Shown here: positions 17,422 to 26,293 of the stretch, piece after piece
How the letters are laid out: each line of letters begins with the position of its first letter
How positions within the stretch are numbered: position 1 is the first letter of the stretch
Source: Candidatus Heimdallarchaeota archaeon
Lineage (GTDB): Archaea; Asgardarchaeota; Heimdallarchaeia; Heimdallarchaeales; Heimdallarchaeaceae
NCBI GenBank assembly: GCA_030668875.1
Contig: DAOVER010000029.1
Span: 6,709 to 38,708, forward strand
Length of the DNA: 32,000 nucleotides
Direction of reading: 5' to 3'
Notes under the pieces: model-generated
What the model saw: only the letters and a program-made list of their open reading frames with translations
Told to the model about the DNA's origin: nothing
Databases searched by the model: none
Position numbers and translations under genes: made by a program

Positions 17422-18738
17422 ATGAAAATTAAAAAAACATTTACGTTAATTATAGTTTCAAGTATGATTCTTTTATTATCATGGCAAAATCAAATGATTG
17501 TAAACACGAGAGCATCAACTCAGAACAGCTTTTTACCGGTTCTTAATGCAGATCCAATGATAGTAATTGATGAGGATTCAGACTTCTCAATCTATCCAGG
17601 CTATGGAAATGAATCGCATCCATATATCATTAGCGGATTTGATATTGAAGTTCCAACAGGCGATGACATAGGGATTAATATAACAGGTACAACGATGCAC
17701 TTTGAAATCAGGAACAATGACCTTTCAGCTACTACTGTTGGATATATCGCAATTTCTATTATTGATGTATCGCCAAATACTGCGAAGGTGAGTAACAATA
17801 ACATACAAGGGTTCCACGCAGGGGTATATGGAGAAAATGCTGAAGGAATAATAATAGAGGAAAACATTTGTCTTTGGATAGGGGATACGAACTTTAGATT
17901 AATAAACAGCCCTCATGCAAGAATAGAAAAAAATGATTTGTACAAGATTAATCCACCAGAATTGCATGAAAGAAGTTCGATCGAAAGCTCTCTTCAGGAA
18001 AGCTTAGATGAGCTGTTTTTTGGAATGTATCTAGAACATTGCTCAGACAGTAACATCACTGGAAATTATATGGATCTTGACTCGAATTCAGTAATATATG
18101 GGGGCGGGATAACAGTTTTTTATTCTGATAGAGTCTTAATTGATGAAAATATAGTGAGGAACATAAGAATTGAAATTACTTCTTACGAATACCCTGAAGT
18201 TGGGGGGATATATTTGAATGATGTTTCCTATGCAACCATATACAATAATACTGTTGAAAAAACGGAAAAAAATAGCCTTCACGTTGTAGAAAGTGATAAT
18301 ATTCTAATATCAAACAATACTTTTAGTGAGAGTGAGAGATACGGAATAAATTTAGTATCTACAACAAATACAAATATCACATATAATACCATTCAACAAC
18401 ACCCAAGTTTTGGCATTATGATTCCTTCAGGTTCATCTAACACACGTATACATCATAATCACTTCATAAACAATAACATAGGTAGCTCACAGGCAAGTGA
18501 TTCTGGGACAAATAATGTGTGGTATGATCCATTAAGTATGCAAGGAAACTGGTGGAATGACTGGTCAGGAGGAGATTACGTAATAGGTGGCTCTGCAGGT
18601 TCTTTAGATATATACCCATTAGGTGAACCTATAGTTGTTCCAGAATTTTCGCAGCAACAAAGCATCATATATCTCTCTTTGATATTTTCAGCAATCATTC
18701 TTACAAGTACAATAATACGGAAAAAGAGGAAGAAATAA
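17422..18738 (+). CDS. Secreted right-handed parallel beta-helix (NosD/CASH-like) surface protein with a PEF-CTERM-like sorting signal
   Basis: N-terminal signal peptide; repeated N-x-I-x-x-N units; GNWWNDWSG motif; C-terminal VPEF + TM helix + RKKRKK. Confidence 0.85.
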   Translation: MKIKKTFTLIIVSSMILLLSWQNQMIVNTRASTQNSFLPVLNADPMIVIDEDSDFSIYPGYGNESHPYIISGFDIEVPTGDDIGINITGTTMHFEIRNNDLSATTVGYIAISIIDVSPNTAKVSNNNIQGFHAGVYGENAEGIIIEENICLWIGDTNFRLINSPHARIEKNDLYKINPPELHERSSIESSLQESLDELFFGMYLEHCSDSNITGNYMDLDSNSVIYGGGITVFYSDRVLIDENIVRNIRIEITSYEYPEVGGIYLNDVSYATIYNNTVEKTEKNSLHVVESDNILISNNTFSESERYGINLVSTTNTNITYNTIQQHPSFGIMIPSGSSNTRIHHNHFINNNIGSSQASDSGTNNVWYDPLSMQGNWWNDWSGGDYVIGGSAGSLDIYPLGEPIVVPEFSQQQSIIYLSLIFSAIILTSTIIRKKRKK

Positions 18739-18867
18739 TTCACTTTTTTCGTTTTTTTATTTTATTTATTTTGAAATTTGTTATAACATTGTTTGATGTT
18801 TTCAATGCAATAGAGATTTATATTGAAAAAATAAAGTACTTTACATTATCTAATTGGGAAATTTTAG

Positions 18868-19059
18868 ATGACTTTATTACAACACAAACTGAATTTGGCA
18901 ATAAATCACTTAGTTAGGGGAGAATATAGAGAATTTCAAGACACAATTAGAATTATAGAAAGTAATAGTAAATTATCAAAATTTCAACGTCTCGAGAGTT
19001 CAATTCTTCAAATGTAATTTACAGATAAAACAGATAATTTTGGACCAAGAGAAGAATTA
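18868..19059 (+). pseudogene. In-frame N-terminal segment of the downstream TPR gene, cut by a premature TAA at 19015-19017
   Basis: ATG 18868 is in frame with ATG 19060 (192 nt); reads MTLLQHKLNLAINHLVRGEYREF...SILQM*FTDKTDNFGPREEL. Confidence 0.55.
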
Positions 19060-21000
19060 ATGGTTAAAACATCTAAGCTTCTTGAGGAAATTTGTCTAAC
19101 TTACAAACTAGAAATTATTAACATCATGGATACGAGTTCTAGAGTTTCTGAATCTTTGATAGAATCTACAATTAATCAATTTAGCAATCAGTCAAGAGAA
19201 TCGCAACATACATTCTTAATTGTTTCAATGGCCAAAATAAAGTTCCAATATAAATATAACATTTTGTTCCCACTTTTCAGTCATTATATAGAAGTCATTA
19301 TGCGTATAGCTAAGGATATGAATGAAAATTATTACTACACTGAATTACTAAATGAACTGTGCTGGTCTTTTACATATAGGGATTGTTTTGACAATGCATT
19401 AGAGAGTGCAGAAAAACTACTACCGCTTGCAAAAGAACTTGAATCCCAAGATTTAGTGATGCGATCTTTGGCGTATCTAAGGCACAATTATTCTGAAAAA
19501 GGTTTTCATGATCTCTCCTTGAAGTATGGATACCAGTATCTAGAACTGGCGAAAAATGTAAAATCAAAATATAGACTATGGCATGCCTACATAAATTTGA
19601 GTTTTGCATATTGTTATAGTGGTGATTTAATAAATAGCATGAAATTTCTGAATTTGGCTAGAACACATGAGAAAGATTTGAATTATAAAAACTATAAGGG
19701 ATGGAGGATGTTGGTTAGAGGTCAAATCAGTTATTATGAGGGAGATTTACACAAAGCTTATGAGCAACTAGAAGATGTATTGAAAGTTTTTCAGAATTCA
19801 ACACAATACTACCCATTAGGATTTGGATATAGCATGATGGGAAGTATATCATATCAATTAGGAAAGTATGATGATGCAATAGAGTTCTATAAGGAGGGTT
19901 TGAAATTCAGAGAAAAACACGAAAGTGAAGTGCGTGTTGCACTAACTTACTTAAGACTAATTAGCATCTATGCTATTAAGAGAGATAAGGTTAGCTTGAA
20001 AATATGCTTAACGGAACTAAACAAACTCAAGAAAAAAAGCAATAATAGAATATTAGATAATATAAATGAAGCAGGGAAAGCTATAAACTTGAGATATGTA
20101 AGTGACCAAATAGAGCAATCTAAAGAAATATTCGAAAATATAATCATGAGTAAGAGCATGCTATTTGCTACAACAGAGAAATCTTACCTGTATATCTGTG
20201 ACATCTTGTTTGAAGAAGTAAAAAGAAGCAAAGACATTAATTTGTTAGTCGAACTAAACAGCTATATTAAGAATTTAATTGATATTGCAGAAAAGAATCA
20301 AGCGTATTTGCTACTCATTGAATTATACTTTTTGCAATCAAAACTAAGTACACTAGAATTTAAGACAGATACATCTTTATCTCTGTTGGAAAGGGCTCAA
20401 GAAGTTGCAAAACAAAAGGGATTGAATAGATTGGAAATATATTTGTCAAACGAACACGATGTTCTTCTAGAACAACTCGACACATGGGAAAGAGTGTCAA
20501 ACTACTTACCAACATTAGAAGAACGATTTGAAGCAACACATATTGAAGAGATTCTTAGTAAGATGTTATTAAATAGGGTAAACTATATAGAAGCTTCCAT
20601 TGAAGATGAAAAGCCAATTTCATTCTTAGTCTTCGATGAAAATTATAGCATCTTATACGCAGATTCACTGTCAGAAACACCTAATGAAGAAATCGGATAT
20701 GGAGAGCTTATTACAAAAATTACTGAGAAGAAACTCAATTTTACGAAAGGGGGTAGAATATTGAAAATTAAACATCATAAGTTCATGTGTATCCTGGTAA
20801 AAAAGATGAAAGCATATTATTGTTATATATTCATTGGAAAATCGTTTTTCGCTAAACGGAAATTTGTTCAATTGATTGACACTTTGTCAAATTGCAAAAT
20901 TATCAAAAGATTTGAAGAATTGATTCCACAGAATAGTCCTGTGAAATTAGATCTTAGAATGCAGCTTGCATCGCTAATTAGAGAAGAAATTTGTTCATGA
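19060..21000 (+). CDS. Large TPR protein with a C-terminal longin-like domain (possibly N-terminally truncated)
   Basis: Multiple TPRs (GSISYQLGKYDDAIEFYKEGL); C-terminal EKPISFLVFD...YCYIFIGKSFFAKRKF segment resembles a family I recall from Asgard genomes. Confidence 0.8.
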   Translation: MVKTSKLLEEICLTYKLEIINIMDTSSRVSESLIESTINQFSNQSRESQHTFLIVSMAKIKFQYKYNILFPLFSHYIEVIMRIAKDMNENYYYTELLNELCWSFTYRDCFDNALESAEKLLPLAKELESQDLVMRSLAYLRHNYSEKGFHDLSLKYGYQYLELAKNVKSKYRLWHAYINLSFAYCYSGDLINSMKFLNLARTHEKDLNYKNYKGWRMLVRGQISYYEGDLHKAYEQLEDVLKVFQNSTQYYPLGFGYSMMGSISYQLGKYDDAIEFYKEGLKFREKHESEVRVALTYLRLISIYAIKRDKVSLKICLTELNKLKKKSNNRILDNINEAGKAINLRYVSDQIEQSKEIFENIIMSKSMLFATTEKSYLYICDILFEEVKRSKDINLLVELNSYIKNLIDIAEKNQAYLLLIELYFLQSKLSTLEFKTDTSLSLLERAQEVAKQKGLNRLEIYLSNEHDVLLEQLDTWERVSNYLPTLEERFEATHIEEILSKMLLNRVNYIEASIEDEKPISFLVFDENYSILYADSLSETPNEEIGYGELITKITEKKLNFTKGGRILKIKHHKFMCILVKKMKAYYCYIFIGKSFFAKRKFVQLIDTLSNCKIIKRFEELIPQNSPVKLDLRMQLASLIREEICS

Positions 21001-21093
21001 CATATTTTCATAAAACCAAAACAATTATATATCAATGAATAGCACCATCAATTGAAATTTACACTCAACTATTACTAGAGTGAGGTAAAAAAT

Positions 21094-22716
21094 ATGTATG
21101 GTACTCCCGTTTATATTATGAAAGAAGGTACTGAGAGAACTCAAGGCAAAGATGCTCAAAGAAATAACATTCTTGCTGCTAGAGCAGTATCTGAAGCTAT
21201 TCGTTCGGCTCTCGGTCCTAAAGGTATGGATAAAATGTTGATAGACAATTTTGGTGATACAACTGTGACAAATGATGGTGCTACAATTTTGAAAGAAATT
21301 GAAGTCAGCCATCCTGCAGCTAAATTCCTTATTGATTTATCTAAGACACAAGATCAAGAAACTGGTGATGGAACAACTACCGTTGTTGTTATTGCTGGAG
21401 AATTACTTAAGCAAGCTGAAGAATTATTAGATGTTGAGGTTCATCCCAGTATCATTGTTGAAGGTTACAAGAACGCTCGATTTAAGGCTGCTGAAATTCT
21501 AGAAGAAATGGCTAAAGACGTAACATTTGAAGATGAAGACATACTCAATTATGTTTCTCAAACTTCCATGGCTTCCAAAATAATCAGTGGTGAGAAAGAA
21601 TCTCTTTCTAAGATTATTGTAAAAGCAGTTAAAGCCATTACTGAAGAAAAAGATGGTGAATATGTTGCCAACATTGACAATATACAAATTCAGAAGAAAA
21701 AGGGTGGAAGTCTTGTTGATACAGAACTCATCGATGGAATTATCCTTGATAAAGAGTTTGTACATGTTGACATGCCCAAGAAGGTAGCAGGTGCTAAAAT
21801 ACTTCTTTTAGATAAAGGTCTTGAATTAAGCAAAACAGAAATTGACGCTAAAATTAACATTACAAGTCCTGATCAAATTCAAGCATTCTTAGATAATGAA
21901 CAAGATATGCTAAAAGAGATGGCAGATAAAATAATCGCTTCTGGTGCAAATATTGTGCTCTGTCAGAAAGGAATTGATGACATTGTTCAGCATTATCTTG
22001 CTAAGAACGGTGTTTCCGCAGTTCGAAGGATAAAGAAAAGTGACATGGACAAATTAGCTAAAGCCACAGGAGCTCAGGTTACCACAAGTCTTGACGATTT
22101 AGATCAATACATCGGAAACGCTGCACTAGCAGAACAGAAATCCATCAGTGATGATAATATGATTTTCATTACAGGTTGCACAAATCCTAAGGCAGTATCT
22201 ATTGTTATCCGCGGTGGAACAGAGATGATTGTTAATGAAGCTGAAAGAGCGATTCATGATTCGTTATGTGTCGTTAGACAAGTTATTCATGACAAGAAAG
22301 TCGTTCCAGGTGGTGGAGCTCCAGAAATTCAAATTAGTCAAAAACTAAGTGAGTTCGCTAAAGCACAAACCAGTAAAGAACAATTAGCCATAGAAAAATT
22401 CGCTAAAGCTGTAGAAATTATTCCAAGAACTTTAGCAGAAAACGCTGGACTTGATCCTATTGATGTGCTTGCCGAATTACATGTTAAACACAACAAAGTA
22501 GGTAATGTTTTTGGAGTTAATCCTTTTGCTAAGAAAGTAGATGACATGTCTAAACGCAATGTTTGGGAGCCAATTTCCGTCAAATTACAAGCTATCAGTA
22601 GTGCTGCTGAAGCAGCGGAAATGATCTTGAGAATTGATGACGTTATTGCTTCTAAAGAACTATCTGGTGGTGGTCCTCCCATGCCAGGTGGCGGCGGAAT
22701 GCCCGAAGATTACTAG
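21094..22716 (+). CDS. ths: Thermosome subunit (group II chaperonin)
   Basis: LGPKGMDKM, TNDGATIL, GDGTTT, VPGGGAPE, ILRIDD, Gly/Met-rich tail; SD-like GAGGT upstream. Confidence 0.99.
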   Translation: MYGTPVYIMKEGTERTQGKDAQRNNILAARAVSEAIRSALGPKGMDKMLIDNFGDTTVTNDGATILKEIEVSHPAAKFLIDLSKTQDQETGDGTTTVVVIAGELLKQAEELLDVEVHPSIIVEGYKNARFKAAEILEEMAKDVTFEDEDILNYVSQTSMASKIISGEKESLSKIIVKAVKAITEEKDGEYVANIDNIQIQKKKGGSLVDTELIDGIILDKEFVHVDMPKKVAGAKILLLDKGLELSKTEIDAKINITSPDQIQAFLDNEQDMLKEMADKIIASGANIVLCQKGIDDIVQHYLAKNGVSAVRRIKKSDMDKLAKATGAQVTTSLDDLDQYIGNAALAEQKSISDDNMIFITGCTNPKAVSIVIRGGTEMIVNEAERAIHDSLCVVRQVIHDKKVVPGGGAPEIQISQKLSEFAKAQTSKEQLAIEKFAKAVEIIPRTLAENAGLDPIDVLAELHVKHNKVGNVFGVNPFAKKVDDMSKRNVWEPISVKLQAISSAAEAAEMILRIDDVIASKELSGGGPPMPGGGGMPEDY

Positions 22717-22723
22717 AGAAAAT

Positions 22724-22748
22724 TTTTCTCTTTTTTTATTTTTATTTA
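22724..22748 (+). terminator. U-rich terminator after ths
   Basis: T tract following the TAG at 22714-22716. Confidence 0.5.
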
Positions 22749-22777
22749 TCAAAAATCAAATGTTACTGTATTTCACT

Positions 22778-22990
22778 TCAAGAATAAGTCTTTAAGGCTT
22801 GAGTAACTTTGGTTAGCATTTCTTCAGTAACTTGATCTGATTCCATCTCTACTATTGAAACCCAAGTAGAATATGCTGCCTCTCTCACACCTCTATTCGT
22901 ATCTGACATCCCTTCCACAATTATTTCTACAACTTCGTTGGTTAGTTTTAACCTACTCTCTATGGTTACTTTTTGTTGTAGATATGTCAT
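22778..22990 (-). CDS. Small HEAT-repeat-like protein (start may be ATG 22990 or TTG 23032)
   Basis: GMSDTNRGVREAAYSTW matches the HEAT pattern L-x-D-x4-VR-x-AA. Confidence 0.5.
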   Translation of the reverse strand: MTYLQQKVTIESRLKLTNEVVEIIVEGMSDTNRGVREAAYSTWVSIVEMESDQVTEEMLTKVTQALKTYS

Positions 22991-23162
22991 CCTAGTGTTA
23001 ATTTCTCTTAGGAATTTAAAACTTTTGTCCAAGAATTGTTTGAAATATGTAAAAAATTAAGAGATTAGTGTTTATCTAATATTCATTAATTAGATATGCT
23101 AAACAAAGTGTTTTTACCCAAAGTTTTTAACAAACATTCATTACTCGATTAGTGATAAGCAA

Positions 23163-24110
23163 ATGGATCTTGAAGGAATTAATAAGAAGGTATTAGAAAA
23201 ATTAGAGATTGCCGGTTTTACTATTGAAAATTTATCTATTTTAACATCAGAAGAACTTTCCTCTAAGATTGATTTAGACATTGGAGAGGCAAAAAAGATC
23301 ATTAACAAAGCCCAACATAAACTTGGAATTCAACCTATTTCAGCTATGAAATTCTTGGAACTTGAATCGAAGAGAGGTAAAATCACCACATCTTCAAATG
23401 AATTTGATGGCATACTTGGTGGAGGAGTGTGGACTCAAGAGCTAACAGAATTAGCTGGTGGTTTTGGTTCCGGTAAAACACAGCTTTGTTTTCAATTATG
23501 CATAAACGTACAATTGCCTTTTGAAGAAGGGGGATTAGAAGGCAATGCCTTTTTTATTGATACTGAGAGGACGTTTTCACCACGAAGAGTGGTTGAAATG
23601 GCATCATACAGAGAATTGGATGTTGAAGAAATACTCAACAATATTTACATCAGCTCAGCAGTCAATACTCATCATCTATTTAGTATAGTCGACCAATTAG
23701 ACGAAATTATACCAGAGAAAAACATTAAATTGCTGATTATTGATTCTTTAGCTTCACATTTTCGTTCCGAATTTATAGGTAAAGGAAAACTTGTTGAGAG
23801 ACAACAAAAACTCATGAAAATTGCTGAGCTGCTGATTATGATTGCTGTAAAATATGATATTGCAATTGTTGTAACCAACCAAATTATTGCTAACGTTGAA
23901 GAGTTCTTATTTGGAAGCCCTGAAGAACCTGCTTTAGGTTTTGCTTGGGCTCATCGACCTCAACAGAGAATATTTCTAAGAAAATCAAGAGGTAGTTCAA
24001 GAATTGCTAGATTGTTTGATAGTTCTAGAATGCCCGAAAGAGAAGCATTGTTCTATGTAACAGAAAGTGGCATAACTGATGCCCCTTACTCTACAGAACT
24101 ATTTGAATAG
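23163..24110 (+). CDS. radA: RadA/Rad51-family recombinase (divergent, possibly a paralog)
   Basis: N-terminal HhH-like domain, Walker A GGFGSGKT, FIDTERTF, Walker B LLIIDS, RQQKL, TNQ, RKSRG..RIARL.D. Confidence 0.9.
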   Translation: MDLEGINKKVLEKLEIAGFTIENLSILTSEELSSKIDLDIGEAKKIINKAQHKLGIQPISAMKFLELESKRGKITTSSNEFDGILGGGVWTQELTELAGGFGSGKTQLCFQLCINVQLPFEEGGLEGNAFFIDTERTFSPRRVVEMASYRELDVEEILNNIYISSAVNTHHLFSIVDQLDEIIPEKNIKLLIIDSLASHFRSEFIGKGKLVERQQKLMKIAELLIMIAVKYDIAIVVTNQIIANVEEFLFGSPEEPALGFAWAHRPQQRIFLRKSRGSSRIARLFDSSRMPEREALFYVTESGITDAPYSTELFE

Positions 24111-24169
24111 AAATGAATAGAAAATAATCTATTGAAATCGTAATTATAGGAAAAATGGAGAATTCAAGA

Positions 24170-24469
24170 TTACTCGGCTGCTGGTTTATTCTTTGTAGCA
24201 GAATAAACACTTGTTCTTTTTGATTTACTGATGCATTTAATAATGTTGTTTGCTTCAGCTTCTCTGAGAATTCTTTTTGCAGCGCTAACTCTAATATTAT
24301 ACTTATCTGCAAGGTAAGCTGGTGTTACTCCTTTTGCCCTTGATAATTCTCCATCAATCTTTTTCTTTGTCTCTTCATCTGGAGAAAGATCACGAATGAC
24401 AGGGATGAATTCGAACACTAAACCAAACTTTTTCTTCTTTCTTACAACTTTCCTCTCGCGTAATGACAT
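24170..24469 (-). CDS. rps25e: 30S ribosomal protein S25e
   Basis: VTPAYLADKYNIRVSAAKRILRE...IIK...RTSVY winged-helix signature; basic N-terminus. Confidence 0.88.
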   Translation of the reverse strand: MSLRERKVVRKKKKFGLVFEFIPVIRDLSPDEETKKKIDGELSRAKGVTPAYLADKYNIRVSAAKRILREAEANNIIKCISKSKRTSVYSATKNKPAAE

Positions 24470-24568
24470 CGTTCTCGAACTCTGGATTTTCCGCGGATTT
24501 TTAAGTTATTCGATTGAAAGGTTTTTCACTTACCGCAATCTTGATAATTTCCTCGCCTAAGATACCTT

Positions 24569-25567
24569 ATGGATAAATTGGAGTTGTTACTAAATACATT
24601 CAAAGGGGGGAATACAAATTATCCTTTGTTCAGTTTGTGGAAGCATTTTCCACATGATGACAGAAACTTTGAGAGATTAGCTGAAGCTCACATTAAATTC
24701 TATGAGCATCATCAATTCGATTTGATGAAAATATCTCCTCACGGAAGATATCCTGTTGTTGATTATGGATGCAAAGTAGCAAAAGAATTTGACTCAATTA
24801 CTGGCAGCACAAGCTGTGAAGAATGTACAATACACACTTTTGAGGACTGGGAAGCATTAGAACAAGTTAATGTAAATGACGGGGAATTTGGTAATCAAGT
24901 AAAAACTGTCAAAATATTAGGTAAAAAACTAGAAGAGCTACCTAAAATGATGACTATATTTTCTCCTTTGATGGTTGCTTCTAAAATGGATAATAATCTT
25001 GTTGCACATATGCGAGAGGATAAAGCAAAATTAAAAAAAGCATTTTTTGTAATATACAAAGATCTTTTAGAATTTGCTCAATCATCAATTGATGCTGGTG
25101 CAAATGGATTATTCATTGCATCACAACATTTCCGAAAAACTGATTTAACTTGGGAAGAAGTAGATAATTTTGAGATTTACTTTATCAAAAAATTAATACA
25201 AGAAACTAGAAAGAAATCAGATTTCAACATCATACATATTCATGGACAAGAAATCAATTTCAATAAGGTTGTAGAAACTATTGATGTAGATGGTCTTAAC
25301 TGGCACGATCAACTAACGTGGCCAACAATACCTGAAGCTGCAGATATTTTTTCGAAGGGTCTCTTGGCTGGTATTGATGAAACCCAGAGTTTAGTAGATG
25401 GAGATGAAGAAGAAATAAAGAATAATATACTAGAATCCATAGAGATGTCTAAGAAGCTTGATAATAGAGTTATAATCTCCCCAGGATGTGTAATTCCAAT
25501 TACTGCAACAAATGAATCCATAGAAATAATTTCAAAAACCATGCACAAATCAAGAAAGAGGGTTTAA
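24569..25567 (+). CDS. Uroporphyrinogen decarboxylase (URO-D/MtaA-like) family protein
   Basis: SLWKHFP...FDLMKISP, IHIHG, GGI-equivalent AGIDE, IISPGCVIP. Confidence 0.85.
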   Translation: MDKLELLLNTFKGGNTNYPLFSLWKHFPHDDRNFERLAEAHIKFYEHHQFDLMKISPHGRYPVVDYGCKVAKEFDSITGSTSCEECTIHTFEDWEALEQVNVNDGEFGNQVKTVKILGKKLEELPKMMTIFSPLMVASKMDNNLVAHMREDKAKLKKAFFVIYKDLLEFAQSSIDAGANGLFIASQHFRKTDLTWEEVDNFEIYFIKKLIQETRKKSDFNIIHIHGQEINFNKVVETIDVDGLNWHDQLTWPTIPEAADIFSKGLLAGIDETQSLVDGDEEEIKNNILESIEMSKKLDNRVIISPGCVIPITATNESIEIISKTMHKSRKRV

Positions 25568-25569
25568 AA

Positions 25570-26244
25570 ATGGCAAAAGAAGAGAAGCAATCAGTTGAGA
25601 AGAATAATATTGAAGTGATTCTAACAAAGAAATCAACAAGATTTGGATGGAGAGATTTCACTCTTAACCTTGTCCTAAGCCTTATTATGATTGCAAGTAT
25701 TGTTGTTTTTGTGTTTATTCAACCCCCAGATGCTGGAGATTTAACTGCTTGGTTTTCCTTAATCCTTGCTACTGTGTTACCTCTGTTAATCTTTGGGAAT
25801 CGAGTAGTAAGAGAATCAATTTATCATTATGATTTCATTTCGATTAGTGGTGACACTATTAAATATCGTTCAACACCTCTGTTTTTTACTGGAATAAGAA
25901 CCAAAAAAGGTGAAGTTGATATACGTAGCATAAGGAAATTTGGTATTTCTAAAATTCCAAGAAAATTCTCGTTTGATTTGCGAAAACACAAAAATAAAGC
26001 AATGTTAATACTTAATCTCAAAGACGGTAAAGAACATTTATTTGGAGAATATTTCATTAATGAAGATTTAGTCGAAGTTTGTGTGTACATTAAGAAAATC
26101 TATCCCAAAGCTAAGTTGATAACTAATCTCGGGGAGGAATATCCAGAACTTGCGGAACTGCAGAAAAAAGTTGCATCATCAAAGAAGATTAAAGAATTAG
26201 AGGATGATGGAGAACCTGAAGGCGTAGAAATTAGACGAAAGTAG
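25570..26244 (+). CDS. Membrane protein, two TM helices plus a PH-like soluble domain
   Basis: Hydrophobic LNLVLSLIMIASIVVFVFI and AWFSLILATVLPLLIFG, followed by a beta-rich domain; starts 2 nt after the upstream stop. Confidence 0.75.
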   Translation: MAKEEKQSVEKNNIEVILTKKSTRFGWRDFTLNLVLSLIMIASIVVFVFIQPPDAGDLTAWFSLILATVLPLLIFGNRVVRESIYHYDFISISGDTIKYRSTPLFFTGIRTKKGEVDIRSIRKFGISKIPRKFSFDLRKHKNKAMLILNLKDGKEHLFGEYFINEDLVEVCVYIKKIYPKAKLITNLGEEYPELAELQKKVASSKKIKELEDDGEPEGVEIRRK

Positions 26245-26293
26245 GCGGGAGTATCTCTACTTTTATTAATGATTTCTTCGAGATAATTACTTG

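Noticed and set aside
21025-22682. Antisense ORFs within ths (21025-21312, 21499-21765, 22338-22682) and similar shadow ORFs elsewhere in the track
   Set aside because: They are fully explained by codon bias of conserved genes on the opposite strand or in another frame
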